A stretch of 59,384 nt of DNA from a candidate division FCPU426 bacterium (GTDB lineage: Bacteria; Oederibacteriota; Muellerivitia; Muellerivitales; Muellerivitaceae), in the NCBI GenBank assembly GCA_023249615.1, contig JAHFCG010000002.1, forward strand, positions 1-59,384. Reading direction: 5' to 3'. The notes under the pieces are model-generated. The model worked only from the letters and a program-made list of their open reading frames with translations. It was not told where the DNA came from and ran no database searches. Shown here in pieces: positions 1 to 8,554 of this stretch. Each line of letters begins with the position of its first letter. The first letter of the stretch is position 1. The translations under genes were made by a program, and so were the position numbers.

Positions 1-1604
1 TTCATAACGGCATTATCGAAAATTACCAAAAATTAAAAATTGCGTTAAGGGCAAAAGGGCATGTTTTTAGATCCCAAACGGATTCGGAAGTATTGGCCCA
101 TTTGATTGAGGAACAACTGAAATCCACCACCAAGACGCCAAGACGCCAAGGAAGATATGATTTCAAAACAACCAAAAATCATGGATGGGAAAATGCGGTT
201 CGGTGTGCTTTAAATCAAATTAAGGGAACCTATTCCGTTGTGGCCGTTTATGAAGGTGAACCGGAAACCCTGATTGGGGCGAGGTCGGGCGGCGGTGCCT
301 TGGTGTTGGGAATGGGAAAAAATGAGAACTTTTTGGCATCGGATGTGCCGGCTTTGCTGGCCCATACCCGGAGGGTAAGTTATTTGGATGACGAAGAAAT
401 GGTCATTGTCAAACCCGAAGGCTGTCATGTGTTAAAGGTTTCCAACGGTAAAAAAGTTGTGAAAACCATTTCCGAAATTCAATGGTCGGCGGACCAGGCT
501 GAAAAAGGCGGCTACGCTCATTTTATGCTGAAGGAAATTATGGAACAGCCCCGGGCGCTGGAGGATACCTTCACTAGCCGCTTGGATCCGAGGAGCGGTG
601 AGGTTTTTCTTGAGGGAAAATTTTGGTCGTCACCCTTTCTTAAAAAATTTAAAAAAATAACCATCCTGGCCATGGGAACCTCCTGTTACGCGGGGATGGT
701 GGGAAAGTTTATCCTGGAAAAAAATCTTGGAATTCCGGTAGAGGTCGACAACGCGTCGGAATTTCGCTACCGGGATCCCATCATCGGAAAGGACACTCTG
801 GTAATCGTTATTTCCCAAAGCGGGGAGACGGTGGATACACTTGTGGCTCTGCGCGAGGCGAAAAATAAAGGGGCCAAGGTCGCGGCCATTTGTAATGTAA
901 TGGGCAGTTCGGTGACGCGAGAAGCCGACGGGTTATTGTTGACCAGGGCGGGCCCCGAAATTGGGGTGGCTTCCACCAAAGCCTTTACGACACAACTGGG
1001 AGCGCTTTGGTTATTAACCCTGCACTTGGCGGGGGTCCGAAAAACTTTGGGGTCTTCGGAATTAAAAAAGAAAGCCAAGGAGTTGTCTGAAATTCCGCGA
1101 TCAATGTCGGGTGTTTTAAAACAACGAAAAGTTTTTGAAAAAATTGCTAAAAAATATTCCTCTTACTTTAATTTTTTGTATATCGGCAGGGGAGTTCAAT
1201 ATCCCATCGCCCTGGAGGGTGCCTTGAAGCTGAAGGAAATTTCCTACATTCATGCCGAGGGATATCCCGGCGGGGAAATGAAACACGGTCCCATTGCCTT
1301 GATCGATTCCCGTATGCCGGTGGTTGCCATCGCGCTTAAATCCTCCGGCGTTTATGAAAAAATGTTAAACAACATGGAAGAGGTGAAAGCCCGAAAGGGA
1401 CAATTGATCGCCCTGGTTGAAAAAGGGGACCGGGAGGCTGGGTGTAAAGCGGATGCCGTAATCGAAATCCAAGGGGTCGCCGAAGACCTTTCGCCACTGT
1501 TAACCATCATTCCCCTGCAGCTTTTGGCATACGGGATTGCCAGGGTAAAGAAGAGGGAAATCGATCAACCCCGAAATTTAGCCAAAAGCGTAACGGTTGA
1601 GTAG
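1..1604 (+). CDS. glmS: glutamine--fructose-6-phosphate aminotransferase (isomerising), 5' end cut by window edge
   Basis: Frame 3 is open from nt 3 (HNGIIENYQKLK..., class-II amidotransferase region) and runs into the 93..1604 ORF. Two SIS-type segments (GTSCYAG, SQSGETVDT, GPEIGVASTKAFT) and the GlmS-type C-terminus ...AKSVTVE. Confidence 0.93.
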   Translation, partial: HNGIIENYQKLKIALRAKGHVFRSQTDSEVLAHLIEEQLKSTTKTPRRQGRYDFKTTKNHGWENAVRCALNQIKGTYSVVAVYEGEPETLIGARSGGGALVLGMGKNENFLASDVPALLAHTRRVSYLDDEEMVIVKPEGCHVLKVSNGKKVVKTISEIQWSADQAEKGGYAHFMLKEIMEQPRALEDTFTSRLDPRSGEVFLEGKFWSSPFLKKFKKITILAMGTSCYAGMVGKFILEKNLGIPVEVDNASEFRYRDPIIGKDTLVIVISQSGETVDTLVALREAKNKGAKVAAICNVMGSSVTREADGLLLTRAGPEIGVASTKAFTTQLGALWLLTLHLAGVRKTLGSSELKKKAKELSEIPRSMSGVLKQRKVFEKIAKKYSSYFNFLYIGRGVQYPIALEGALKLKEISYIHAEGYPGGEMKHGPIALIDSRMPVVAIALKSSGVYEKMLNNMEEVKARKGQLIALVEKGDREAGCKADAVIEIQGVAEDLSPLLTIIPLQLLAYGIARVKKREIDQPRNLAKSVTVE

Positions 1605-1749
1605 ATTGACCTAAAATGATGGTTTTTTTAACCCTTAAAATATCCTTTAAAATGGCTATTTTCTTCCTTTGACCACTAGAGTTTGATGGTTTAAAATTTT
1701 TCACCCCCTTCGGGTAGGGTCTTTTTAGCTTAAAATTCCCTTTTTGCGC

Positions 1750-1778
1750 TTGACAGAGGTTGGGGAAGGCCTTATATT
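1750..1778 (+). promoter_or_regulatory. sigma70-type promoter candidate (TTGACA - 17 nt - TATATT)
   Basis: Exact TTGACA at 1750-1755, 17-nt spacer, TATATT at 1773-1778. It lies after the glmS stop and about 300 nt upstream of the 2081 start. Confidence 0.55.
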
Positions 1779-2080
1779 TTGCCCAATTGTGTTTAGATTC
1801 TTCCGTGTTTTTTCGTGTTGTTTGGCGTAAAAACGGGGAGAATTTGACGCGGGTTTCACGAAAGTGGGACTCACGGTCTTCGACGCAAGCGGATTTGTGA
1901 CCACAACCGTTTGGCAGTCGAAGAATTTGTCGAGGGTGGCGCTTTTTTGGGAAGCGGCCCACGCTCGTATTGTTCTTCGGTAGTAGGGGTTTTTTTCAAG
2001 CCCTAGAGCAGTGTAATTCGGGTGTGGCACTCTTCCCTGAGGGGTGCAGGCCCAAAAAAAAGCTATAAGGAGAGAGAAGA

Positions 2081-3748
2081 ATGAAGAAAGTTATTGCCTT
2101 GTTGTTAGTCTGTTTCATGGCGTTGGGAGCGTCGATGGCTTTGGCCGACACTCGCGACGATTCCTTGGGATTGACGGCGGGACAACAGACCGATGGTCTG
2201 GATTCCCTTCCGAATTTCCCACAGAATGCCGCCAGCTTCGGAAACGTTGTGGATTTTCGTTTGGGAGATCCCAATGGAGCCCACTATGGCGACTGGGGTG
2301 GAATCATTCACAAAGATTTTGAAGAACTTGGTTATTTCGGCGTTTATTACAACCGCCCTTTTAACCAGAGCAATGGGATTAATCCCAACAATCAATGGGC
2401 CAACAATACCGGAATTTTGAATGGGTTCTGGAATTGGAGTACTTTGATTGAACCAAGCAATTCCAGCTGGTTTGGCGGGGTTTATGCACCAAATAATGGA
2501 AGTGGTGCTTATTATCCCAATAACCCTTATTCCCACAACCTTCGCATGAATGATGAAATCAACTGGCAATTTGGTTGGGGCTATAACGAATATAATGTTG
2601 CCGACCCCAATAATTCAGTTGATCTTTACTGGGCGAAAGATTTCAGCGATGCCGTGATTGGCGCGCATATCAACTATGCCAGCCAAACCGGTAACGATAA
2701 CTCTGGTTCTGGAAACGGAACCGGTTCTTATGTTCAAGGCACTCCGTCCTTTTTTAATCAAAACACAGACAAATACAGCGCGGATAGTTCTGTTATTGGC
2801 GTTGATTTGGGTGCGACCTTGAAAAACTTGGGTTCGGATATGTCATTGGACTTAGGTTTGGGTTATTCCCTGGGAAGCATTAACTATTCTGAGGTTTACA
2901 CCAGCAACTATATTGCCGTTGCCACCCTCACTGAATATTATAATCAGGTCATTAAAGATAATAATATTTCCGAAATCCGGGTGAACGCCTTGTTGAAAAA
3001 CAAGATCAACGATTCCACCACGGGCCGGATTTATGGAAGCGCCCGCTTGGACAATTTGGGTGTTACCAATAATGTCAAGGGTGACGATTCCGGTGACGGA
3101 ACTTACGGGGATGCGAACCGTGAAATTTACGTCGGGACCTCTACCTACACCGATACCAACATCAATTTTGGCTTGGCTTGCGACCATACGGTTGCCGAAG
3201 GCAAGGCTAAGGTTATCGCCGGCGTTGGAGTCATCATGGATTCGCGTAAATGGACCTATACCGCTTTGACCAACCTGGCTCCCAGCACGACTGCTGATCA
3301 GGTTCGTTGGGGCAGTGGTTCATCCTATACGGAAGACCATTGGGTAGTTCCTTTCAATGTTGCCATCGAAGCCCCCATTTTCGGGTGGCTCACTGGCCGC
3401 ATCGGAGCCCAAACGGCTTTCTTTGATGGTGTTACCGCGAAGAACATTTACCTTCGTAACGCCAACTTGGCTGGTACCGCCTATACGGATACCGCCACAC
3501 AATCCAATTATGTAAATTATGGGCAGGGGCTTAACTTGTCCTATGGTGTGAGCGCCAAGTCCGGCAATTTCACCTTCGATCTGCAGCTTAACCCGGGCAA
3601 CTTGCTGAACGCGGCTCAGAGTTTCGAGCCGGGTGCCGGGATATTGTACAGCTCGGACAACAATTATCAGGGTAATTATAATATTGTTTCCGGTCCCGCG
3701 CAGCTTTTCGGAACGATTATGCAGGCTGATGCCCGCTTTGCGTTCTAA
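2081..3748 (+). CDS. outer-membrane beta-barrel (porin-like) protein, family unknown
   Basis: AAGGAG SD at 2067-2072. Signal peptide MKKVIALLLVCFMALGASMALA. Asn/Gly/Tyr/Ser-rich sequence. C-terminus ...ADARFAF ends in Phe, as in the classical OMP beta-signal. Confidence 0.7.
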   Translation: MKKVIALLLVCFMALGASMALADTRDDSLGLTAGQQTDGLDSLPNFPQNAASFGNVVDFRLGDPNGAHYGDWGGIIHKDFEELGYFGVYYNRPFNQSNGINPNNQWANNTGILNGFWNWSTLIEPSNSSWFGGVYAPNNGSGAYYPNNPYSHNLRMNDEINWQFGWGYNEYNVADPNNSVDLYWAKDFSDAVIGAHINYASQTGNDNSGSGNGTGSYVQGTPSFFNQNTDKYSADSSVIGVDLGATLKNLGSDMSLDLGLGYSLGSINYSEVYTSNYIAVATLTEYYNQVIKDNNISEIRVNALLKNKINDSTTGRIYGSARLDNLGVTNNVKGDDSGDGTYGDANREIYVGTSTYTDTNINFGLACDHTVAEGKAKVIAGVGVIMDSRKWTYTALTNLAPSTTADQVRWGSGSSYTEDHWVVPFNVAIEAPIFGWLTGRIGAQTAFFDGVTAKNIYLRNANLAGTAYTDTATQSNYVNYGQGLNLSYGVSAKSGNFTFDLQLNPGNLLNAAQSFEPGAGILYSSDNNYQGNYNIVSGPAQLFGTIMQADARFAF

Positions 3749-3770
3749 GGTTTTGTAGCGTAGACAAGAA

Positions 3771-3805
3771 CCCCGCCCCCTTTTAGGGGGCGGGGTTTTT
3801 TTTTT
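3771..3805 (+). terminator. rho-independent terminator
   Basis: Perfect 10-bp GC stem CCCCGCCCCC (3771-3780) / GGGGGCGGGG (3786-3795), 5-nt loop TTTTA, followed by ten T (3796-3805). Confidence 0.9.
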
Positions 3806-3822
3806 ATAAAGGGGTTAAATAA

Positions 3823-4632
3823 ATGAAATTATTTTGGCTTTTAGCGGTTCTTTTGTTTTGGCCCGTTTCCGTAATTTTAGCGGAAAATAAAAAAGATTTA
3901 TCCATTTCAACCCCGACTATGGCACAGGAATTGGAAGTGGAAAAACTGAAGCTTGAAATTGAGCGGTTAAAGTTGGAGAACGAAAGACTTCAACTCCAAA
4001 TTCAGGGTTTAAAAATGGGTAATGTGGAAAACCAGGATTCTCAAAGTAACGGGAAAAAGGCCGAGGATAAGAAGCAGGAAAAAAAACCTGAAAAAAATGT
4101 TATTTTGGAAATGACCCGAAAATCCGAGGAATTGTCGAAGCAATTCTCAGACAATGAAAAAATGGTAGTCCTTGATTTCACGAACGGTGATATTTGGTTT
4201 AAGGGTACCCGGTATTCCATTTATCAATTTAAACATCTTTGTGATGACGAGAAATGGGGTTGCAAGGGAAAATTCGTAAAAATGGACATCAATGGGGACA
4301 GTTGTTACCGCTATCAATACAACAATCTTTATTTGGATCGGTACCAATCCCTTCCCAAAGGTATTTTTATTTACGAATCAAAAAAAAGTCCAGCCGATTT
4401 AGAATTTATAACCCCAGAGGGTATAAACCAGGATTCTCCCAAGGGAGCCGTTCGGAACAGATTTGAAACCCCTTATTTTAATTTTGATAATGAGAGAACC
4501 GAAAAGGAATCGAAGGTATTGAGATACAAGCATGGAAATGGGTTCCTTGCTTTTGATGATGTTTTGGAATTTTGGATTGATAAAAATGGAAAAATAGAAT
4601 TTGTTAAATGGGGATGGCTCGACAAAAAATAG
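3823..4632 (+). CDS. secreted coiled-coil protein, unknown function
   Basis: Signal peptide MKLFWLLAVLLFWPVSVILA. Heptad-like EVEKLKLEIERLKLENERLQLQIQGL, a Lys/Glu-rich linker, then a Cys-containing globular C-terminal half. I recognise no family. Confidence 0.6.
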   Translation: MKLFWLLAVLLFWPVSVILAENKKDLSISTPTMAQELEVEKLKLEIERLKLENERLQLQIQGLKMGNVENQDSQSNGKKAEDKKQEKKPEKNVILEMTRKSEELSKQFSDNEKMVVLDFTNGDIWFKGTRYSIYQFKHLCDDEKWGCKGKFVKMDINGDSCYRYQYNNLYLDRYQSLPKGIFIYESKKSPADLEFITPEGINQDSPKGAVRNRFETPYFNFDNERTEKESKVLRYKHGNGFLAFDDVLEFWIDKNGKIEFVKWGWLDKK

Positions 4633-4690
4633 GGGATCCTTATTCATTGGTATTGAATATTTATTAAATGATTTAAAAAGGGGAAAATAA

Positions 4691-5014
4691 ATGGATATGG
4701 CTTTCGCTCAAACAACGGTTAAGTCGGTTCCGCCAACCGCTTCTCCCGCGGCGGCTTTTATGTCCTTCGCCCCCTTTTTAGCAATTATGGCTTTGTTTTA
4801 TTTTCTGATGATTTACCCCCAGGGAAAAGAAAGAAAAAAAAGGGAGGAAATGCTGAATGCCATTCAAAGGGGGGATCGGGTTTTGACCCGTGGCGGCCTT
4901 TATGGCACGGTAGCCGACATTAAGGACAACATTTTGGTTTTAAAAATAAATGAAAATAACAAAGTGGAAGTGGACCGTTCTTATATTGAAACAGTTCAAA
5001 CTGGCGTAAAATAA
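4691..5014 (+). CDS. yajC: preprotein translocase subunit YajC
   Basis: Single TM (FAPFLAIMALFYFLMIY) followed by the YajC signature PQGKERKKREEMLNAIQRGDRVLTRGGLYGTV. Size 107 aa. Confidence 0.85.
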   Translation: MDMAFAQTTVKSVPPTASPAAAFMSFAPFLAIMALFYFLMIYPQGKERKKREEMLNAIQRGDRVLTRGGLYGTVADIKDNILVLKINENNKVEVDRSYIETVQTGVK

Positions 5015-5447
5015 ATTTTCATTTTTCATTTATTGTCCAAAAAGTTTACCGGCGGAAAGGTTTTAAAAGAGGCGTGTTTGTTAATTATCAAATTTATTAT
5101 TAACCCCATTAATATTTTCCCAAAACCAAGCCTTTGGCCATGGGACCTGTTGCATTTATTAAATGACAAATTAAAAATCACGAATAGTTTTAAGACACCG
5201 GATTGTTTTTGCCTGGATATTTTTTTTCATTTTCTAAATAAATTCCGGTCTTTTTTAGGGACCCCTTTGCCAGAAGGTATTTTTGCTAATCAAAAATAGC
5301 AGGTATTATTTGTTAAGACCAATATTTGTCATGATAATTTAGGCAAAAAATGATTTGGTTAATTGATTAAAATACTTGAAATTATTAATTGCGATATAAT
5401 CCTAACAATTAGGACATTTACAAAATTTAAAAAGAACGGCTTTACCC

Positions 5448-5990
5448 ATGACAGAAATTTTGACCGCTCAAGAGCTTTCAGCCTACCTCAAAATTACCAC
5501 CACCACCATTTACAAGCTAGCTCAACAAGGGGAAATTCCCTCCTTTAAAATCGGCAGTGAATGGCGCTTTAAACGGGAATTGATCGACCGTTGGTTGGAA
5601 AAAGGCGCGGGTCACGCCCCCAAAAAAGTATTGGTGGTGGACGATGAACCAGCCATTTGTGAAATGTATAAGAGAGCCTTGGATCGAAAGAAATTCCAGG
5701 TGGATATAACCTATTCTGGGAAACAGGCTTTGGAGTTGGCCGCGGTCAACTCTTATGATTACATTTTTCTGGATCTTAAAATGCCTGTTTTGACAGGTGT
5801 AGATACGTTTAAAGAAATTAAGAAAATGAATGTCAGGGCTTTGGTTGTAATCGTGACCGCCTACCCGGACAGCGATCTGCTGGTGGAGGCGATGAAGCTT
5901 GGACCCTTGACGGTTATTCTAAAACCCTTTGATTTGGTTGAAATTCAAAAATCGGTTGAATCTCTTTCTTTAATGACTTCCAGGGTTTAA
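5448..5990 (+). CDS. response regulator with N-terminal excisionase/MerR-type HTH and C-terminal receiver domain
   Basis: N-terminus LTAQELSAYLKITTTTIYKLAQQGEIPSFKIGSEWRFKRELIDRWL (HTH_17-like). Receiver hallmarks follow: KVLVVDDEP, phospho-acceptor context FLDLKMP, VIVTAYPD, KPFD. Confidence 0.85.
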   Translation: MTEILTAQELSAYLKITTTTIYKLAQQGEIPSFKIGSEWRFKRELIDRWLEKGAGHAPKKVLVVDDEPAICEMYKRALDRKKFQVDITYSGKQALELAAVNSYDYIFLDLKMPVLTGVDTFKEIKKMNVRALVVIVTAYPDSDLLVEAMKLGPLTVILKPFDLVEIQKSVESLSLMTSRV

Positions 5991-6061
5991 GCCGCTTCAA
6001 ACCCCGCTTTTCAATTACTTGGTTTTATCCTTTTTTCCCACCGCCATCCTTATAGAATATT

Positions 6062-6098
6062 CCCGAATTTAGATTGGTTTAATCTCGGGGGTTTTTTT
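6062..6098 (+). terminator. terminator-like hairpin plus T7 run abutting the pabB start codon
   Basis: CCCG(6062-6065)..AGATT(6071-6075) loop GGTTT AATCT(6081-6085) CGGG(6086-6089), then GG and TTTTTTT (6092-6098). ATG of the next gene is at 6100. Confidence 0.45.
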
Positions 6099-6099
6099 A

Positions 6100-7554
6100 A
6101 TGGGTTCCTCCTTAAAATATTTCAAAAAATTACTTCCGTTGCGGGAAAGTGGTTTTCTTGAAAAGTCAAAGGACTGGGTCACGCTTTGGGAAAATTTGGC
6201 CCTGAAAGGCCCGGCGCTTTTATACGAAAGCGCGGGAGAAAGGGGTGACGCGAGTCAATGGATTGTTCTCGCGGGAAATCCAGAAGAGGAATTTTTTGAG
6301 ATTAATGGAAATAAATGGTTATCAACCCAAGCCGGAATAGAACCTGCGCCTTTTAGTGTTTTTGATTTTTTGGATGAAGTCGGAAAGCCGGGAATGGGTG
6401 GTGAATTAGAAAAAAGATTTGACAAAAACTATTTAAAATTGGGGGAAATTCCGCCCGGGGCTGGTTTTTCCCCTTTTCCTTTTTCACTTGCCGGGGCTTG
6501 GTTCGGAATTTTCAGTTATGAGTTTGGCAAAAGATTAACAGTCAATAAAAAAACAGAAGGAAATAAAAGCCTTAATGCGGTGCCTGATTTTTATTTTTTT
6601 AAACCAGGGGTTATCGTCGCTTTTAATCGTTTGAATCATGAATGGTTTTATTTTGGGGATGGAAGGTTTTTGGATTTGGAAAAGGGTGATGCTTGTGCTG
6701 AAAATTTCAAAGTTCATTCCCTGGAACAGAAATCTTCCTTCTCCGATTACAAAAAAATGGTTGAGAGTGCCAAAAAATATATTTTGGAGGGGGATATATA
6801 CCAGGCTAACCTGGCTCAGGTTTTTCAGGCTGAATGGGAGGGAAGCCCTGCTATTTTATTTCGCCTTCTAAAAGAATTAAACCCAGGGCCTTTCATGGGG
6901 ATATTTCGAGGGAGGGGGTTTACCGTCGTTTCCTCTTCTCCTGAAAGATTGGTGAGTTGCCGGGGAGATTGGCTGGAAACCCGTCCGATTGCTGGAACCC
7001 GCCCCCGTGCAACCGATCAAATCCATGATTTGCAGAATCAATGGGAACTTAAAACTAATCCCAAGGAACAAGCCGAGCATTTAATGCTGGTTGATTTGGC
7101 AAGAAATGATCTGGGTAGGATATCTAGTTTTGGTACTGTGGAGGTTAAGCGTTTTGCTCAGGTGGAATCCTACTCGAGGGTCCATCATTTAGTTTCTATA
7201 ATTCAAAGCCGGCTTTCCCCCGCGAAGAAGGTTTCCGATGTAATTCGATCGCTTTTCCCCGGGGGAACCATTACAGGTTGTCCCAAAATCAGAAGTATGG
7301 AAATTATAAGTGAATTGGAAGCCCAACCTCGTGGCTTTTACACGGGGAGCATGGGATATTTGGGCCCCGGGCCATGTTTTGATTTCAATATATTAATCAG
7401 AAGTTTTACGCTTTTTCCCAACGGCACCCTGGAATTTTTGGCGGGGGCAGGTATTGTCGCGGATTCGGATCCGCAAAAGGAATACATGGAAACCTTATTT
7501 AAAGTGGAGGCTTTGGCTCAGGCCCTTGGTTCCACTCTTTTTTCAACCCCATGA
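6100..7554 (+). CDS. pabB: aminodeoxychorismate synthase component I (chorismate-binding enzyme family)
   Basis: Chorismate-utilising motifs: GDIYQANLAQ, SSSPERLV, RPIAGTRPR, EHLMLVDLARNDLGRIS, VHHLVS, LFPGGTITGCPKIRSMEII, RGFYTGSMGY. Translationally coupled to a class-IV lyase-like gene. Confidence 0.78.
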   Translation: MGSSLKYFKKLLPLRESGFLEKSKDWVTLWENLALKGPALLYESAGERGDASQWIVLAGNPEEEFFEINGNKWLSTQAGIEPAPFSVFDFLDEVGKPGMGGELEKRFDKNYLKLGEIPPGAGFSPFPFSLAGAWFGIFSYEFGKRLTVNKKTEGNKSLNAVPDFYFFKPGVIVAFNRLNHEWFYFGDGRFLDLEKGDACAENFKVHSLEQKSSFSDYKKMVESAKKYILEGDIYQANLAQVFQAEWEGSPAILFRLLKELNPGPFMGIFRGRGFTVVSSSPERLVSCRGDWLETRPIAGTRPRATDQIHDLQNQWELKTNPKEQAEHLMLVDLARNDLGRISSFGTVEVKRFAQVESYSRVHHLVSIIQSRLSPAKKVSDVIRSLFPGGTITGCPKIRSMEIISELEAQPRGFYTGSMGYLGPGPCFDFNILIRSFTLFPNGTLEFLAGAGIVADSDPQKEYMETLFKVEALAQALGSTLFSTP

Positions 7555-8465
7555 ATAAAATTTATTGGAAGGGGCGGTTGGTTTCACCTAAAAGGGTAAG
7601 GATTTCCCCTTTGAACACGAGTTTTCTCTTTGGGGAGGCTCTTTTTGAAAGCCTTCCCGTTTATGGTGGCAAGCCCCTTTTTTTCAGGGAACATTTGGAA
7701 AGGTTAAAACGAGGATGCCGTTTTTTGAGTTGGCCTTTTATTTCCGAGGTTGAGTTTAAAAAAGCAATAAGACTTTTTTCTAAGGGAAGGAAAGGAGACC
7801 CTGATTTTTTAATTCGCTTTAATCTGGTCCAGGAACTGGAAGGTTCAGGTAATCCAAGGGAATTTATAAAAAAAACTCCGACTCTGTTTGCGATAGTACG
7901 GCCTCTTCGACATCAATTAAGAAAAAAAAATCCGATTTTGGGAAAGGTGGGAATAAGTCCCTGGATGGCCTTTGACAAGCAGACACTCCCGAACAACTTC
8001 AAAATCCCTTATTACATGACCACCAGGTGGGTATTTCGAAAAAATCCTCGGTGGAAGGAAATTTTGAGGTTAAATCAAAGGGGCGAGGTTGTGGATGGGG
8101 GAGCTTCCACTCCCATGTGGTTTGATGGAAAAACAGTTCATGTTCCACCATTAAAGATGGGAGGTTTGGAAAGTGTAACAAGGAAAAAAATAATTCAAAT
8201 GATTAAAAGGCTTGGGTTACCGGTTGTCGAAAAGGCCTGGAAACCAGCTGAACTTTTGAAAAAACAAAACCCTCACTTTTCAAAGGTTGGAGTGGGACGA
8301 CGGTCCGCGAAGGCTTCGGTTAATCAAGAACTTTTTTTTGTTGGGTCCGGCGTTGGAGTTATGGCCGCGTCTCATTTAATGAACCGGAAAATTATGGGGA
8401 TTCCAAAGGTAACGGAAAAGTTGTGGAGCATTTATCGCCACCAGGCAATGAAAAAATCCCGATGA
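7551..8465 (+). CDS. pabC: aminodeoxychorismate lyase-like, PLP fold-type IV (class IV aminotransferase family)
   Basis: ATGA overlap with pabB (7551-7554). N-terminal FLFGEALFESLPVYGGKPLFFREHLERL and the C-terminal block VVDGGASTPMWFDGKTVHVPPLKMGGLESVTRKKII resemble class IV enzymes. The function is assigned from coupling to pabB. Confidence 0.6.
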   Translation: MNKIYWKGRLVSPKRVRISPLNTSFLFGEALFESLPVYGGKPLFFREHLERLKRGCRFLSWPFISEVEFKKAIRLFSKGRKGDPDFLIRFNLVQELEGSGNPREFIKKTPTLFAIVRPLRHQLRKKNPILGKVGISPWMAFDKQTLPNNFKIPYYMTTRWVFRKNPRWKEILRLNQRGEVVDGGASTPMWFDGKTVHVPPLKMGGLESVTRKKIIQMIKRLGLPVVEKAWKPAELLKKQNPHFSKVGVGRRSAKASVNQELFFVGSGVGVMAASHLMNRKIMGIPKVTEKLWSIYRHQAMKKSR

Positions 8466-8554
8466 TATTGGAGTTAGGAAAAGAGTCTAGCCCGTTTAAT
8501 TAAGGAATAATTTTATGTTAAAGTGGTGATATTAAACATCAATTGGGAGGAAAT

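Noticed and set aside
1507-2030. Minus-strand ORFs of 151 aa (1507..1962) and 101 aa (1725..2030) in the glmS-OMP spacer
   Set aside because: No SD. One overlaps the glmS 3' end. The translations are low-complexity and Arg/Lys/Pro-rich. The region is better explained as terminator, promoter and leader on the + strand.
1605-2080. Possibility that the long spacers (1605-2080, 5015-5447, 12941-13224) hide tRNA, tmRNA, RNase P, SRP or 6S RNA
   Set aside because: By eye I found no tRNA cloverleaf/T-loop (GTTCGAATC-like) motifs. I also found no tmRNA 5'/3' ends, no RNase P GAGGAAAGTCC motif and no SRP GGAAGCAGCC-type motif. A covariance-model scan is still needed to be certain.
5033-5299. 88-aa + strand ORF in the AT-rich spacer after yajC
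   Set aside because: TTG start without SD, and about 25-30% GC. The Phe/Ile/Asn/Lys-rich translation is typical of random AT-rich sequence, with no recognisable motif.
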